Shown in pieces: positions 11,330 to 24,636 of a DNA stretch of 64,000 nucleotides; the first letter of the stretch is position 1, and every line of letters starts with the position of its first letter. This DNA comes from Lingula anatina (Eukaryota; Animalia; Brachiopoda): assembly GCA_051362555.1 (NCBI GenBank), contig CM120644.1, positions 15,088,534 through 15,152,533 on the forward strand. The letters are read 5' to 3'. A model generated the notes under the pieces. That model had not been told where the DNA came from. It was given only the letters and a program-made list of their open reading frames with translations, and did no database searches. Made by a program: the position numbers and the translations under genes.

Positions 11330-13331
11330 TGAGTTGTCTGGGTAATAATCATATTACCTGAACTTTTGTGTATTTTATCACGAGAGAGAACTATACCAAG
11401 TTTTGATGTATGCTTTCCGTTGTAAAAGGATCGAGTTACTTTATTTATGACTTCATATCCCTAGATGAAGTTAAAATGAGTCTCAGTTCAATTGTGTTAA
11501 TTAAGACACTAGTCAATGTCATGTCTTCAGTACCTCTTTCAGTAGGAATTGCATGTATTTTTGTGCTTCATCTTGTGTACCACTATAGTGTATTGAGGGA
11601 ATAGTTAGTAGTCACGAGAAAAAAGTTATTCACTTACACAATGCTGTCCAAAACGGGACGATATTTATGAACTGTAAGGCACCGTGCCACTAAAAAAAAC
11701 TGAAGTTATCGTGTTTTTAAGACTGAAGTTTCCGGGCGTGGGCATTTTCCCGGCATTCCCCACGAAGGGTTTAGACGGGTTTTTCCCCACGGCCCGTGGG
11801 CATCGGGTACTACCATTTATTGATTCATTGCATTTACATGATTCATTTATGATTACTCGAGTACTTGAAATTTAATGTTATTGTATACAATAGTTGAATA
11901 AAACTATATTCTCTAATTTTTCATTTTTGTTTTTCTTTTTTAAAAGCGTGTTCAGATGGGGAAAATAATCACTAGACTTGCAAATTTATTTTAGTGGAGT
12001 TGCATGCCTATGCACGTGGTTCGTTTAATTATCAGTCGAAATTCTTTTCAATTGTCCTTTCTCACTTAAACTTAATTTAAGATTTGGCGATTTCTGTCAC
12101 GTACCTTTCTTCTTTAAAAGTAGTAATGTTGGCAATATCCAGGTAATAAAATATTTTTTTGGAAATGAACCTGCGGTGTTGCGTAACTTATTCTCCGGGC
12201 ATAACTCCCAGATAGCCGATACCCAGACTATCCCGAGTCGGATTAGAGCCCCTAAAGTAGACTATCTTACATAAATATATTCCGAGTTGTATGTCAAAGT
12301 TTAGTTCAAATCATTAGCTGCCTGAGTGATAATTATATTACCTGAATCTTTGTACGTATTTTATTTTAGAAAGAAACTTTAATCAAAGTCTGAAGGATGC
12401 TCTCAGTTGCAAAATGATCGAGTCACTTTATTTATGACCTCATCCTCTTATATAAAGTTAAAACTGGCCTCGCTTTAATTATGTTAAATATCTGACTTGG
12501 TTTTAGTACCTCTTTCTGTAGGAAGTGCTATAAATTCTTGTGCTTCATCTTGTGTACCAGTGTAGTGTATATAGAGCATAGATTGTAGTCGCGAGAGAAA
12601 GTTTATTCAGTCGCCCCGTGCTGTCTAAAACGGGGCAATATTTTTGAACTGTACGGCACAGTACCAATAAAAACTGATGTTATCATGTAATATAGACTGA
12701 AGTATCCGGGCGTGGGCACTTTCCCGGCATTCCCCACGACGGGTTTAGACGGGTTTTTCCCCACGGCCCGAGAGCATCGGGTACCAGCTTCCGACCACAA
12801 GACCAGCATTATCGGACTGTATGCGTTCTGATCTTAGATGATAAACACAGGAATGGAAAATCTTAAAAATTCCAATGAAACTACCATTTATTGATTCATT
12901 ACGTTTACATGATTCATTTATGATTTCTAAAGTACTTTCGAAATTGAATGTTGCTGTTTAAAATAGTAATAATAGTTGAATAAAATGTATACTCTATGTT
13001 TGTTTTTTTTTTTTTTTTTGAAAAAAAAAAAAAAAAAAGAAGAGACGATGGCAAAATAATTGCCAGACATACAAATTAATTTTAATGGAGTTACATGCAT
13101 GCGCACGCAGCTTGTTTTTTTTAAATATAAACATATTATCTGTTGAAATCATTTTGTCTTCAATTGTCCATTATTTCGCTTAATTTAAGATTTCGTGATT
13201 TCTGTCACACATGTTTCTTCTATAAAACCAGGTAATGTCCAGGTAATAAATTGATTTTTGGCTTTAGAAACAAAGCTGCGGTGTTGCGGTTTTTTTCCCT
13301 CCGAGAATGACTAGAGCCGAGTCGGATTAGA
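11330..13331. repeat. Diverged ~1 kb tandem duplication (~11330-12247 and ~12315-13331)
   Basis: Colinear shared blocks such as atattacctgaa, ctttatttatgac, gtgcttcatcttgtgtacca, taccatttattgattcatt and ccgagtcggattaga. Confidence 0.9.
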
Positions 13332-13524
13332 TAAATAAATCTCGCTGTAGATGTAAGAGAAACTCGTCAAAAGAATCATTTTTTGGTCTATACTCAAGAT
13401 AAATTATTTCATCCAATGTTACATACAATGTTTTTGTTTAATGTAAACACATAGAAAAACTCAAAAACATGATTTTAGGCAATTTTACCCTATTGCACAC
13501 CTTAAGTTACTGCCATGGGTTGCA

Positions 13525-13556
<32 letters not shown>

Positions 13557-13949
13557 CGTCTTCGATACAAAGCGCTCGTCATCTTCCTGAAGAAAGGTCG
13601 CTTAGGGTCATCTCCAATACGTGTTCGACTGTTAAGGGATTGTTTATTCTGAAAAACACGTTTGATATGGAGCGACGTGTGTTCATGCTGTTGTTATCTG
13701 AAAAAATAAAGGTTTTATCTATGGATGCTGTAAAGCATTTCAATCGAGCGGAAGGTAAAGCAATAAAAGAGAAAAGGTTGATATACCGTTAACTTATATT
13801 GGATTGGATTCAGTGACTTAACAAAAAAGCTTGGATTCTTTCAGGCACATTACATGTTTTCTGGGCGAGGAGGCTTTCCGTTTTGATCTCACTTGGTTGA
13901 TTAAATGTGTGATGCAACAAGGAGACCTTTACCAGTAGCAGATGCTTAA

Positions 13950-13985
<36 letters not shown>

Positions 13986-15490
13986 TCTCTCTCTCTCTGA
14001 TCGTCTCTCTCTGTCTGTCCTTTATGTATACTGTTGAAATTGCAACTCTGTCTCAGAAATCATGTTTCGAAGGCGCCTACTTTTGGGAAAATTACATACG
14101 TAACCTGTACATCGCACATGACATACGAAATTAAATAAGATATAATAACACATTACATAATATAAATAAGTTACCCCCACCAAAACAAAACAAAACAAAA
14201 AATGCTCCCCCCCCCCCCCCGCCCCCGAAAGCCAAAGAAAACAATACGGTGTAGATTGGAGTGCTTGAGACAAAACATATCGAGATGATTAACAGAGTGA
14301 ATCACACGTACATTACTGAATGCCCATGCACATTCACATGTACAGGTACTTATACTGAGTATACCAGCAACGTGACAATACGCCTCTTTCACGGCGTCCA
14401 CGGTAGTCCAATCCATACGATTAAAACCAGGTACATTGTTTAGTAAGATCGACGTATTGATCTTGCCCGTAATACCCTTCCGTTTATGTAATCATATTAT
14501 GTGTTCCCCCTCTTTTGTTAATACTGGTATATTGTATTCCTCATATACTTAAAGGGCACCCGTTTTCCTATATTATTTCAACCATGAATATTAAGTGTAT
14601 CCTATCCTGTACTTAATACTTGTATCTACCAGTAAGTTAAATTCCGATGAAAAATCATAGATGAAAAGAATGTCAAGCCCTGGATTAAAACAAATCTTGT
14701 TATTTTCAAATAATCACATATTACTAGTCGACAAGTACAGGTACGAGCATCTCAGCCTGATTTAGCCAATTAAACAACGAATAAAACAATTAAACAACTA
14801 ATATGATCGAATAAACAACTACGTTTTCAAACCATAACAAAAATCTGTTATAAAAAAAAAGTAGCATAAATAGCTCGAATACTCAACATGTAACAATAAA
14901 GCCCCAACCCTGTTGACGCGATCTTATTATGGGTCATCGGAAACGTGAATAAGCTTTCTATACAACTGTTAAAAGGAACAGAGAACAAAAGCCTGAATAC
15001 CTGTGTGCAGGTCTGAATGCTGGGCAGGGCCCTGCGACGATATAGCGTTTACACTCAATCTCTCTCAGTCAAAAGGGGGATACGACGTGTTTCTACGAGT
15101 CACCTGTGCAAACTAGCAAACCACGGATTCGCGTTAAATGAAACATAAGGGGATCGTGTAGTTTGACAGGGAGACTTCCCATGGAGGAAGATGACAGTTA
15201 CCCGCGGTGACAGTCTCGATTTGTCACCGAGCTGTTCGCGTTGTTTAAGTAAACTGAGGAGAGATGAAACGATCCAAAATGTGAACAGTGAGGGCGTCTA
15301 ACTAGAGCCTTAACTTGCCTCAACTTGGAAGGTGATACTGAGCACATTTGTTTAATATTGGGCAGACTGGTCATCGGAACGCTGCCCCTTGCTTTAAAGG
15401 ACCACTTCGTGTTGATCTAAGGACGCTTACTTAAGGTGTCATATATATAATATGGTATTATAGGATATATAGAGTACACAGAAAAGAAAT

Positions 15491-15523
15491 ATGGATAACA
15501 AGGATTATCTACAGTTTTCTTCG
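15491..15523 (+). CDS. Type II membrane mucin, coding exon 1 (MDNKDYLQFSS)
   Basis: ATG at 15491, 11 codons, strong donor TCG|GTAAGT at 15524. Phase 0 matches the acceptor at 19798. An alternative start is the in-frame ATG at 19810. Confidence 0.55.
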
Positions 15524-16096
15524 GTAAGTGAACACACTAACGAGCAAACGGTATGGTGGGCATGTTTTTTTTTTTTTTTACCTTTGTGGTTTATAAAAAA
15601 ATATTAATGTACAGATCAAGTGTGATGCACATGTGCCCGTAGGGTTTGGGGTGAGGGAAAATGTCTCTTTCTCTTTTTCTCACCCTCCCCCCCCCCCCCC
15701 CACTCTCTCTCTCTCTCTCTCCCTCTCTCTACTCTGAGTATTTGCTGGGGAGAAATGTGAGTTTGGATGGGCCGTTCGAAAACTTTAACAATAAATTTTG
15801 ATTTGTAATGAGTATTCAGTTATTTCCAGTCCTTCATTTTGTAATGTTTGCTAACATTTTATTTATCAATTTCATTTTACTAGAGGGCGAGGCAAATTCT
15901 AGAAAAAAGTCACTATCTTTCGTTCCAAAGGTCCAAAATGTCGACGGCAATGAAAAATCCCATGACTGGTTGCCAAATGAATGCTGTCGATAGTAATGGC
16001 AATGATAATAATGATAAATCAGAAAAAAATTAAGCGAAAAAATATACTATATTGCTAGTCTGTTAAGTGAATTATAATACAATAAATGCTGGTACA

Positions 16097-16370
16097 GCCG
16101 TTATATTAAAATAATCTATACGGGCATCTCCGGAATAAAAATTTGAACTAGCTGCCAGTTTCAACGATCACTAGATAAAGATAAAGTACATAGTGTATTC
16201 CAACAAATGTTCCAAAAGGGAAATATTATTACACAGCTTTTATAAATACCAAGGCACTAAATGCACTGCATCCGTTTTATTAAAAAGAAAAAAATATATA
16301 TACGGGCATCTGCTGAATAAAAATAGGACAAGTATCTTATTCAACTGACCACCAGAAATAGACAAAGAAG
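16097..16370. repeat. Short diverged direct repeat pair
   Basis: ccgtt(a/t)tattaaaa...tatacgggcatct..gaataaaaat...tcaac occurs near 16098 and 16272. Confidence 0.6.
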
Positions 16371-16816
16371 ATGACTTATTGCAAAAATAATACTGCAAAC
16401 AATACATATCATATACACAACATTAATACTTTTACTAAATCGACTCCACTCAAGGGACCAGTCATGTAGGGAATTAAATAAAATTTCATATAAAACGCCC
16501 CGTGGTTTTCACTCACTTAAGGGTGTGGTATTGATAAATACCCAGCTTCTTAGTCAATACATAGGACTTAGTCAATATTCTAATATTTACAATAGACCCC
16601 CAAATCCTTGTGTTAAGCCGCTAGGTTTATGGCGTATACCGTAACGCCATGTTCACCACGCTATATTATCTTCAAATGACGTATTATTTGCAACATATAA
16701 TCCGGGTGTCAAGGTGGTTCTTTGTGGCACTGACAGGGTTTTGATACATATTTTTTTCCCTTTTTCTTTCAGTAAAAAATGCATGTATCTATATGTGTGC
16801 TCTACTTGATATTTAA

Positions 16817-16818
<2 letters not shown>

Positions 16819-16900
<82 letters not shown>

Positions 16901-17091
16901 ACAGTAAAATACACTACCATCACTGCTCCTACATGCACTGCTACTACTACACATGTATTACTGCTACAACTTCTATTGCTACTGCTACCACTTCTACTAT
17001 TACTACTACTGTTATTGTTACTACTTCTTCTGCTACTGCTACTGCCGCTACTGTTACTGCTACTGCTATTGCTACTGCTACTACTGCTACT
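16819..17091. repeat. (AT)n microsatellite followed by degenerate (CTA/CTG)n repeat
   Basis: Directly visible. Confidence 0.9.
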
Positions 17092-17388
17092 AGGGGGCGA
17101 GGAGAGCAAGAATTCGGCGAAAAAAAGGTGAAGGGATGGTTCTAAAGCTACTTGTCCATTACCCAGGTGGTTCCTAAGACAGGTAAATCAAAATCCTGGT
17201 GAAAAAAATGAGCCCCGGTATCGCGCTGAAAGAAGTTGTTCCCCATTGTCAGTTTTATTTACATTACGATACACCTGGTTAAAGTGACGTACGTGGTTGT
17301 GTTATTTAATACTTGGGGTACAGTGTTATGAACCTAACATGTGCTGGCTCTATGGGGATCTGGGATATTACATAAAGACGGTTCCCCC

Positions 17389-17424
<36 letters not shown>

Positions 17425-17760
17425 GGTGAATAACTAAAATCAATACATAAACAGTAAAAATAAAATATTTTAAAGTAAACAGTGAAAGAATATGTAAATT
17501 AATGACTAAATAAAAACATAAATAAATATATGAATAAATTAGAGGCGTATTGCAGTGCTTCTTTGGTTTCTTATATTAATATTAATCTCCTCTGCCCTTT
17601 CGGTCGGGATATGAATGTTATACATTGTTTTTGATAAGAGGGCAAAGTGGATGGCGGGCTCTCTGTTTCAGCCTTAATAGAATAGAATAGAATCATGCAG
17701 GACAGAGTCCCCAGTGATGCAGGGTCCGGTGCTCTTTTATATGTACAGGTACATGTAAGT

Positions 17761-17899
17761 CCTACCCTCTACCAGGTCTACAGGTTGATATTTCACTAGA
17801 TATTCACAGATGTGTCTCTAGTTAATTGATGACACTTTTCTGCACTGCGATTTTGGAAAAAGTGCACATAATTAATCTGCTGCCCTGGTAGAGGGTAGG
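17761..17899. mobile_element. MITE with 16-bp TIRs
   Basis: CCTACCCTCTACCAGG ... CCTGGTAGAGGGTAGG, flanked by duplicated TAAGT (or GTAAGTC if the TIR is taken 1 bp shorter). Confidence 0.8.
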
Positions 17900-17929
17900 T
17901 AAGTCACGTCCTAGATTTTCAACAGCTTA

Positions 17930-18141
17930 TACCCCCTTTACACTGGACGGCGTCCTTTCTGCGACCATGAAATTTGGCATCGCTGTGGTCTTAATAAGGA
18001 GGCACGAGCATTGATTTGGTATCAGAATGAATGCTCAATGATCGGCCAGTTGTCGGCACGTAAAGTATTATAATTCTTTAACTCTCAAATGGGGCCGAAC
18101 TGCTGGACGCAGAAGGGACGCCGTCCAGTGTAAAGGGGGCT
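17930..18141. mobile_element. PIF/Harbinger-like MITE
   Basis: ~31-bp TIR CCCCTTTACACTGGACGGCGTCC(T/C)TTCTGCG with 1 mismatch. TTA occurs on both sides (17927-17929, 18142-18144), matching the TWA target of PIF/Harbinger. Confidence 0.85.
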
Positions 18142-18889
18142 TTACGCTATGCTTACCCTGACCTGTATAAATATAATAGAGGGCGAATTCCCTGTTACAC
18201 GGGTCCCCAGTTTCTTAACGTGTGTTATATAATTGTATCTACCAGCATACTAGGATTAGTTTCTCCGTTTGCATTGGCGAGGTCATGCCGTATAATATTT
18301 ATTTGTATGGAGCATATGGACTGCTGTGGAATATCATTCGTCTTGCTTCCTGAGCCGCGCCACTTTTATGTCTGCTACTATAGTGCATAACCGTCACTGT
18401 GGCGAAACGCGCGGGGTTTTGTGTTTTTCTGATTTTTTGTAAAGATGTTGTTAATGGTATTGGTCTCCTCTATATTTCAAGGATGTGATCAAAATATAGC
18501 TTAGATCCGTGTTTATCAAAAGCATACCTTAAGCAAAATATGATGTTGATTGATATAAGTATCAACAAATAATAGAAAAGTATGAGCATTAAAATAAAAT
18601 GAAATCTGGTCTTAATTCAAGGCTGATATCTATACAGTCTCAACATCTAATAAAATCAATTTCCCCCAAAAACATTACAAACCACTTTTATGCCAAATAT
18701 ACAGCTAATATATATTTGGTAAAGTAATATAATTTATGGACTAAAAGTAAATAACAATTTTTAACTAGATTCCTTTCCTACAGAGGTAAATCGGTGTCAT
18801 GCACAAGAGAGTCGCCCAAGGCTGTGCTTAGGATCGTAATGGAACGACACAAATTGCATTTGGAAATGTAATTCGTAATCAAGTTTACA

Positions 18890-19037
<148 letters not shown>

Positions 19038-19449
19038 TTAATAATGCAGTTACTCGATCGTATTTGTAAAAAAAAAAAATACGAGTTCAGCACTTGTGGC
19101 ACGTTTTTCATGACAAGCTTTTCAAGTTCACTGCGAATCTGAACTTCATATCCAAATACAGGTGAACGTTTTAAATACGTGTCATAACCTCCTCATTTCC
19201 TCATACAGCTCCTTAGACCCCGAAACAAGTATTTACCTTCCTGTTGTGTGACACACTGAAATTGCTATCAGGACGTGACAAAATGTATAACAAAACACTG
19301 TGTTGGTGGAATTGAAGATCTCATGTTTTTCCTCGAGGACCGGTCTAATCGAATGCTTCTCGCTATGTTCCTCGATCTTATTTTCATGCTGCGCTGTATT
19401 GAAGTAGGCCTATGATTCTTAATAACATACTGCTCGTTATTTACGATGA

Positions 19450-19491
<42 letters not shown>

Positions 19492-19797
19492 GGTATTTTT
19501 CAGCCTTAAATTCTATTATATCTTATATTCTCTTTAATCAGACAAATATTTTTTCCAAAGAAGTCATCTGCTTTCACCATTTTTCTTCGATTCACTCAAT
19601 AAATAAATAAATAAATAAATACATAAATAAATAAACAGAACAGAATAAGATAAAATAGGGTAAAATGAATATGACACTACAATGGATACATAAATAAATG
19701 AAGGGATATAGACGTGTGTACAAAAAGAAGCACACAATACAAGTTCAAGTGTCAAATAACATATCACAAATACATATATTTTCTTTTCTATTCCCAG

Positions 19798-20362
19798 TGG
19801 CCTGAGGACATGTACCTCTCCTCCATCGGTCATCGCCAGGGTCAGTTGATATCCAGCCAACACCACAGTCGCGAGGGCCTTAACAACCCCGGGTACTACG
19901 ACGTCAGCAGTAAATTCAACCCGGTATACCAGGGCGACTACGACTCGCCATTTTATAACGGTCACGGCCATTCCCGAGAAAGACGGTTTGAAAAGCGGCC
20001 CCCTAGGAAACACGACCGAGAATCGAGGAATTACAGCCAAGCGCGACGGGAAAGGAGACACAAGAAGAATGCACGAGGAGATCACCATGATCATGAACAT
20101 CACAAAGGTTCACATCATAAAGGATCGAAAGAGAGACACCGGAGCGATTCTATGTTTAATTCTTCGCATGAAGTTTTTATGCCGCTTCCGATTTACGAAA
20201 ACTATGGCGTAAACGGCAGACAGCGCCTGCCGCGGGCGGATTATGACGGGGGCGGCAGACGATTGGGTTCATCCAGTACACGGTATGTGATACTGATAGC
20301 GTTGGCGGTGCTGTTACTCATAGCGGCTGTGTCAGCTGTTGGCACAGGGGTCTATTTTGCAG
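19798..20362 (+). CDS. Type II membrane mucin, exon 2: cytoplasmic domain plus signal-anchor TM helix
   Basis: Acceptor ttcttttctattcccAG|19798. The open frame contains NPGY and FNPVY motifs, an Arg/His-rich stretch and the hydrophobic YVILIALAVLLLIAAVSAVGTGVYFA. Donor GCA G|GTAAGT at 20363 (phase 1). Confidence 0.85.
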
Positions 20363-21026
20363 GTAAGTTATATGGGTCATTTTACCTGAAATTGAACTTT
20401 TGAGTCACGTCAATGACGCACATATTTTGGTAATATTTGCAGTATTTTTGACCAGTGCCGTTTTTTGTTTGTTTGTTTAATGTTTGATAACCTCGATATG
20501 GAAATAAATCAACCAAAATTTACAAAAAGTGAAATAAAAGTGTTTTTTTTTCTTTTTTCTTTTTTTTTTTTAATAAGAAAAATGGGTGCGTCACCAACTG
20601 ATTGAAAGGCTGACTTTCTGTGGAATTACAATAACACGAGTTTATATTAAGATTTATATAGATTTCAATATTTTATATTCCTTCAGGATAAAATAACTTT
20701 ACGAATAATATTCATTATATTATACCCTATACCCTCAATTATATATTATATATTATATACGTTTTGACGGAATAGCCTGATAATTTATTTGTTTGGGCTT
20801 GGCGCACTTTCTCATACTTGTGTTATACTTAATTTCATTTAAAATTCAGTAATTCAGCAATTTTTTTTCAAAATTTTGCTGTTTTGTAACGGGTTTTTTT
20901 ATAACTGTTGTTTACAATTCATTGATTCGACCTGTTATGTCAGTCCCCATTTTTCATTTCTACCTTGAAAATATTTCGTGCACTTGTCATATTTGTATCA
21001 TTAAACGTACGCTCTTGTATTTTTAG

Positions 21027-23494
21027 TGAGAAATAACACTGGGGACACGGGACTACAGACGGGCGGTGCCGGCACAACCACCACAACAACGAATCCCCCT
21101 GTGATAACTACACAGCCTGGAGCAAACACAACACAATCACTAACTGCAACAACGGTTGCTGTCACAACTAGCACAATTCAGCGTGTGACCACGAGTGCGT
21201 TACAGTCTGCAACAACGAGCACTTTCAGAGGTGTCACAACGAGCACAGGTCAAGCTGTGACTACAAGCACAGCGCAGGTTGCAGCGACCAGCACTGTGCA
21301 GGCTGCAACAACAAGTCTAATGGATACGACAACAATGAGTTCAACACGGACTTATACAAGCACAGTTCAGTCTGCCATAACGCAGGGTGCAAACACGTAT
21401 TCGACGCAGCTTGCACCATCAAGTGCAACGCAGGCTGCAACATCGCAGGCTGCAACTACAAGCGCAACGCAGGCTGTGACTTCAACTGCAACGCAGGCTG
21501 CAACAACGGATACAACGCAGGCTGTGACTTCAAGCGCAACACAGGCTGCAACAAGTGATACGACGCAGGCTGTCACTACAAGCGCAACGCAGGCTGCAAC
21601 AACAGATACGACGCAGGTCGTGATTACAAGCGCAATGCAGGCTGCAACAACGGGTACGACGCAGGCTGCGACTACAAGCGCAACGCAGGCTGAGACTTCA
21701 AGCGCAACGCAGGCTGTGACCTCAACTGCAACGCAGGCTGCATCAACGGATACAACGCAGGCTGTAACTACAAGCGCAGCGCAGGCTGCAACAACGGATA
21801 CAATGCAGGCTGTGACTACAAGCGCAGCGCAGGCTGCAACAACGGATACAATGCAGGCTGTGACTACAAGCGCAACGCAGGCTGCAACAACGGATACAAC
21901 GCAGGCTGTGACTACAAGCGCAGTGCAGGCTGCAACAACGGATACAACGACGGCCTCGACTACAACTGCAACGCAGGCTGCGCCAACTAGCTCAGTTCAG
22001 ACAGCGGGCTCGACGCAGACTTCGACAACGAGCACATCCCTAGCTCCAGCAGCAATCGTTACGCAGGGCTTGGCAACGGAGACAGTTGCTCAGGCTGCAG
22101 CAACAAGTACAGGACAGGCAGCGACTACTAGCACAATTGATGCTGCAACAACAGACACAGTTCAGTTTGTGTCACCAACCACAACCCCAGCTACGACAAA
22201 AGAGACAACACTGGGTGATACCACAAGCTCGGTGCAGGCTCAAATGTCAGTTACTGAAACAGCCGACGCAGCTTCGTCTTTAACATCTTCTTTCGGCGCA
22301 TCACGTGACACTGCCAGCGTAACGAGCCCGCCATCGTCTACAGTGGCAGTTTCTTCAAATAGTCAGTCATTAGAGACAACTTCATCGTTTTCCGTCTCAA
22401 GTGGCCAATCAGCGGTAACCACGTCACCATCGACCGATTCAAGTGGTCAAGCAACACAAACTATATTGATGTCGTTAGATTTCAGTAGCCAATCAGCGGA
22501 AACCACGTCATCAATATCTGCATTAAACAGCCAACTAGAACAAGCCTCGTCATCATCAAGCGTTCTAAGCAGCCAATCAGTGCAGAATACTTCGGCAGTG
22601 ACAAGCACAGACATTGCTCAGTCAGCATTATTAGCGACAATTAGCAGTATCTCTGTTTCTCCGTCTACAAACACAATTGCTACGACTGTATCTGCATATA
22701 CGACAACAAGTTTGACTTCCGCCGCGGGTACGGCCGCATTTGATAGCTCAATTTCCCAAACGGATTCTTCCTCCGTTAATACTGGAAGTAGTAGGGGTTC
22801 TATTTCCAGTATAACGGGTGATGTGACAAGTGCAAGTAGTGTCACAGAAACTGTTACGACTGGGTCTCTTTCTGCTCAAACGACAAACACCGCCTCCACG
22901 GCATCTTCTGCTAGCGCCGTTCAATCAAGTGCAACAGAAACCATGGCTGCTGGAGCTACAAGTGTAACCGAGCCTTTGGTATCAACAGTTTTGGGTGTGG
23001 TAACATCCACGACTATACCAGCGCCTGCGACCGCCACAACGTCTACGGGAATCACAGACACGACTTCCAGCGTCGTTTCTCTTCAAACGACGGAGGCTGC
23101 GCCTAGCAGTCCTACATCAACAACAACAACGGGGGCGACATCTATCGACTTGACGTCAGGATCGACAGCAGCGACAACTAGCGCTGTGACGTCAGCGGTA
23201 ACAGAGGTTTCATCCAACATCGAATCTGCTACAAGTACTGTTGCTGTTGAAAGCTCAGCAACTAGTTTTACAACTTTACAGGCCAGTTCGTCAGAAAGTA
23301 CGACAACAGCGACCAGCGGGACACAGACAACGGTCGTCAGCACGACGGAAACGTCGTCTGCGCCCTCTACAGTGACGTCCACACTTACTAACACGTCCAG
23401 TTCGGTATCACAGGCGGTATCCAGCAGCGCGGTGACCACTACACTAGGTCCCTCGCCCTGGGGGAGAAGAAAAAAGAAGAAGAAAAAGAAGTAA
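21027..23494 (+). CDS. Type II membrane mucin, terminal exon 3: Thr/Ser/Ala-rich extracellular stalk
   Basis: Acceptor cttgtatttttAG|21027, phase 1 matching exon 2. 822-codon frame ending SPWGRRKKKKKKK*. AATAAA at 23526 and 23575. Confidence 0.88.
21420..21985 (+). repeat. Coding minisatellite (24/48-nt units, TQA(A/V)TT(S/D)(A/T))
   Basis: Recurrent acgcaggctg(c/t)...actacaagcgca/acaacggataca units within exon 3. Confidence 0.9.
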
Positions 23495-24068
23495 ACATGC
23501 TCAAATGATATCTGGAATCGTTTATAATAAATATTATGTTATGTGTCACGGGTGATAAAGACTCAGAGCCGTTAAATAAATTCATGCTGACATTTGGAAC
23601 AAGACAAGTGGCCAGTTATTTGTTTTATTTCTTTCTTTGTTATAAATGCTATCAATATTTAACTTTAGTCTTGACTACATTTGGTTAAGTTTATTTAATT
23701 GTCGTTGTTATTATTTTTACACTGCATTGTTCATATTGTTTTCCCAGAGCCCTTTAATTAACATAGTTTACTGCATTTATCATAAGTCACTGCTATTAAT
23801 ACTTTAAAAATATTCTTGTTGGTACTTTTAACTACTATCCTATTCTAAGGCGCATGTCTATTTAAAAATAAAGTTATTATGCCGTAGTGCACGGTCTTCC
23901 AACCTCTAAAATTTTGCCTTCAGCTAAAGTACTAATGCAGTAAAATTAAGCTTAAAACAGGAATAGTCATATAATGAGGTGCACGAGTAAGGAGAACGTT
24001 ATCTCTTTTGTGCATTTATTTTGGGGTAGGCTAATATGAGGAAAGGGTATCTACGAACCTAAGGCCCC

Positions 24069-24230
24069 ATTCAGAATAGAGGATTAACTAGTCGGAGGGT
24101 CAAATATGGCCGACCACTTGAATACTTCCCCACGGGATATCTAGTCAGTGTCTTTCAGCGGATTAGACGGCAAGCTTTGTAGTGGGTCGCCATATTTGAC
24201 CCTCGGACTAGTTAGTACCCTATTCTGAAT
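24069..24230. mobile_element. Palindromic MITE with ~42-bp imperfect TIRs
   Basis: ATTCAGAATAGAGGATTAACTAGTCGGAGGGTCAAATATGGC versus GCCATATTTGACCCTCGGACTAGTTAGTACCCTATTCTGAAT. Confidence 0.8.
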
Positions 24231-24578
24231 TCTAAGGGAAGTCAGCCTCCCACCCACCTCCTCCCCCATATCAGCCATTGATGGGTTTTCTATTGCGTGA
24301 CACGAAAGCACTGGCAGCGTGACTCCATATGAATACAGTATGGGTAATGCACTTTTCCACAGATCACGACTCGCACGGTACGAAACCAACCATGTTAGGT
24401 ATATTCAGTTTATGTAAATATATGGGTATTATATACTTTACATTTGGTCTATAGAAATGTAGGTGCTTTGCGGATGCTTCAACAACATATAAAGCATGTA
24501 AAAAAATGACATTTTTCATTTTGGCTTACTTCATTTACACACTTTATACATGTTATTCATTTATATATTCATTTTTTG

Positions 24579-24636
<58 letters not shown>

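Noticed and set aside
16813-17145. Thr/Ala-rich and Ser-rich ORFs in mucin intron 1
   Set aside because: They are generated by (AT)n and (CTA/CTG)n simple repeats and have no convincing splice sites.
19714-19797. N-terminal extension MCTKRSTQ... of the ORF-track protein
   Set aside because: It lies upstream of the acceptor at 19797 in AT-rich intron sequence. The same applies to KLYGSFYLKLNF after the donor at 20363.
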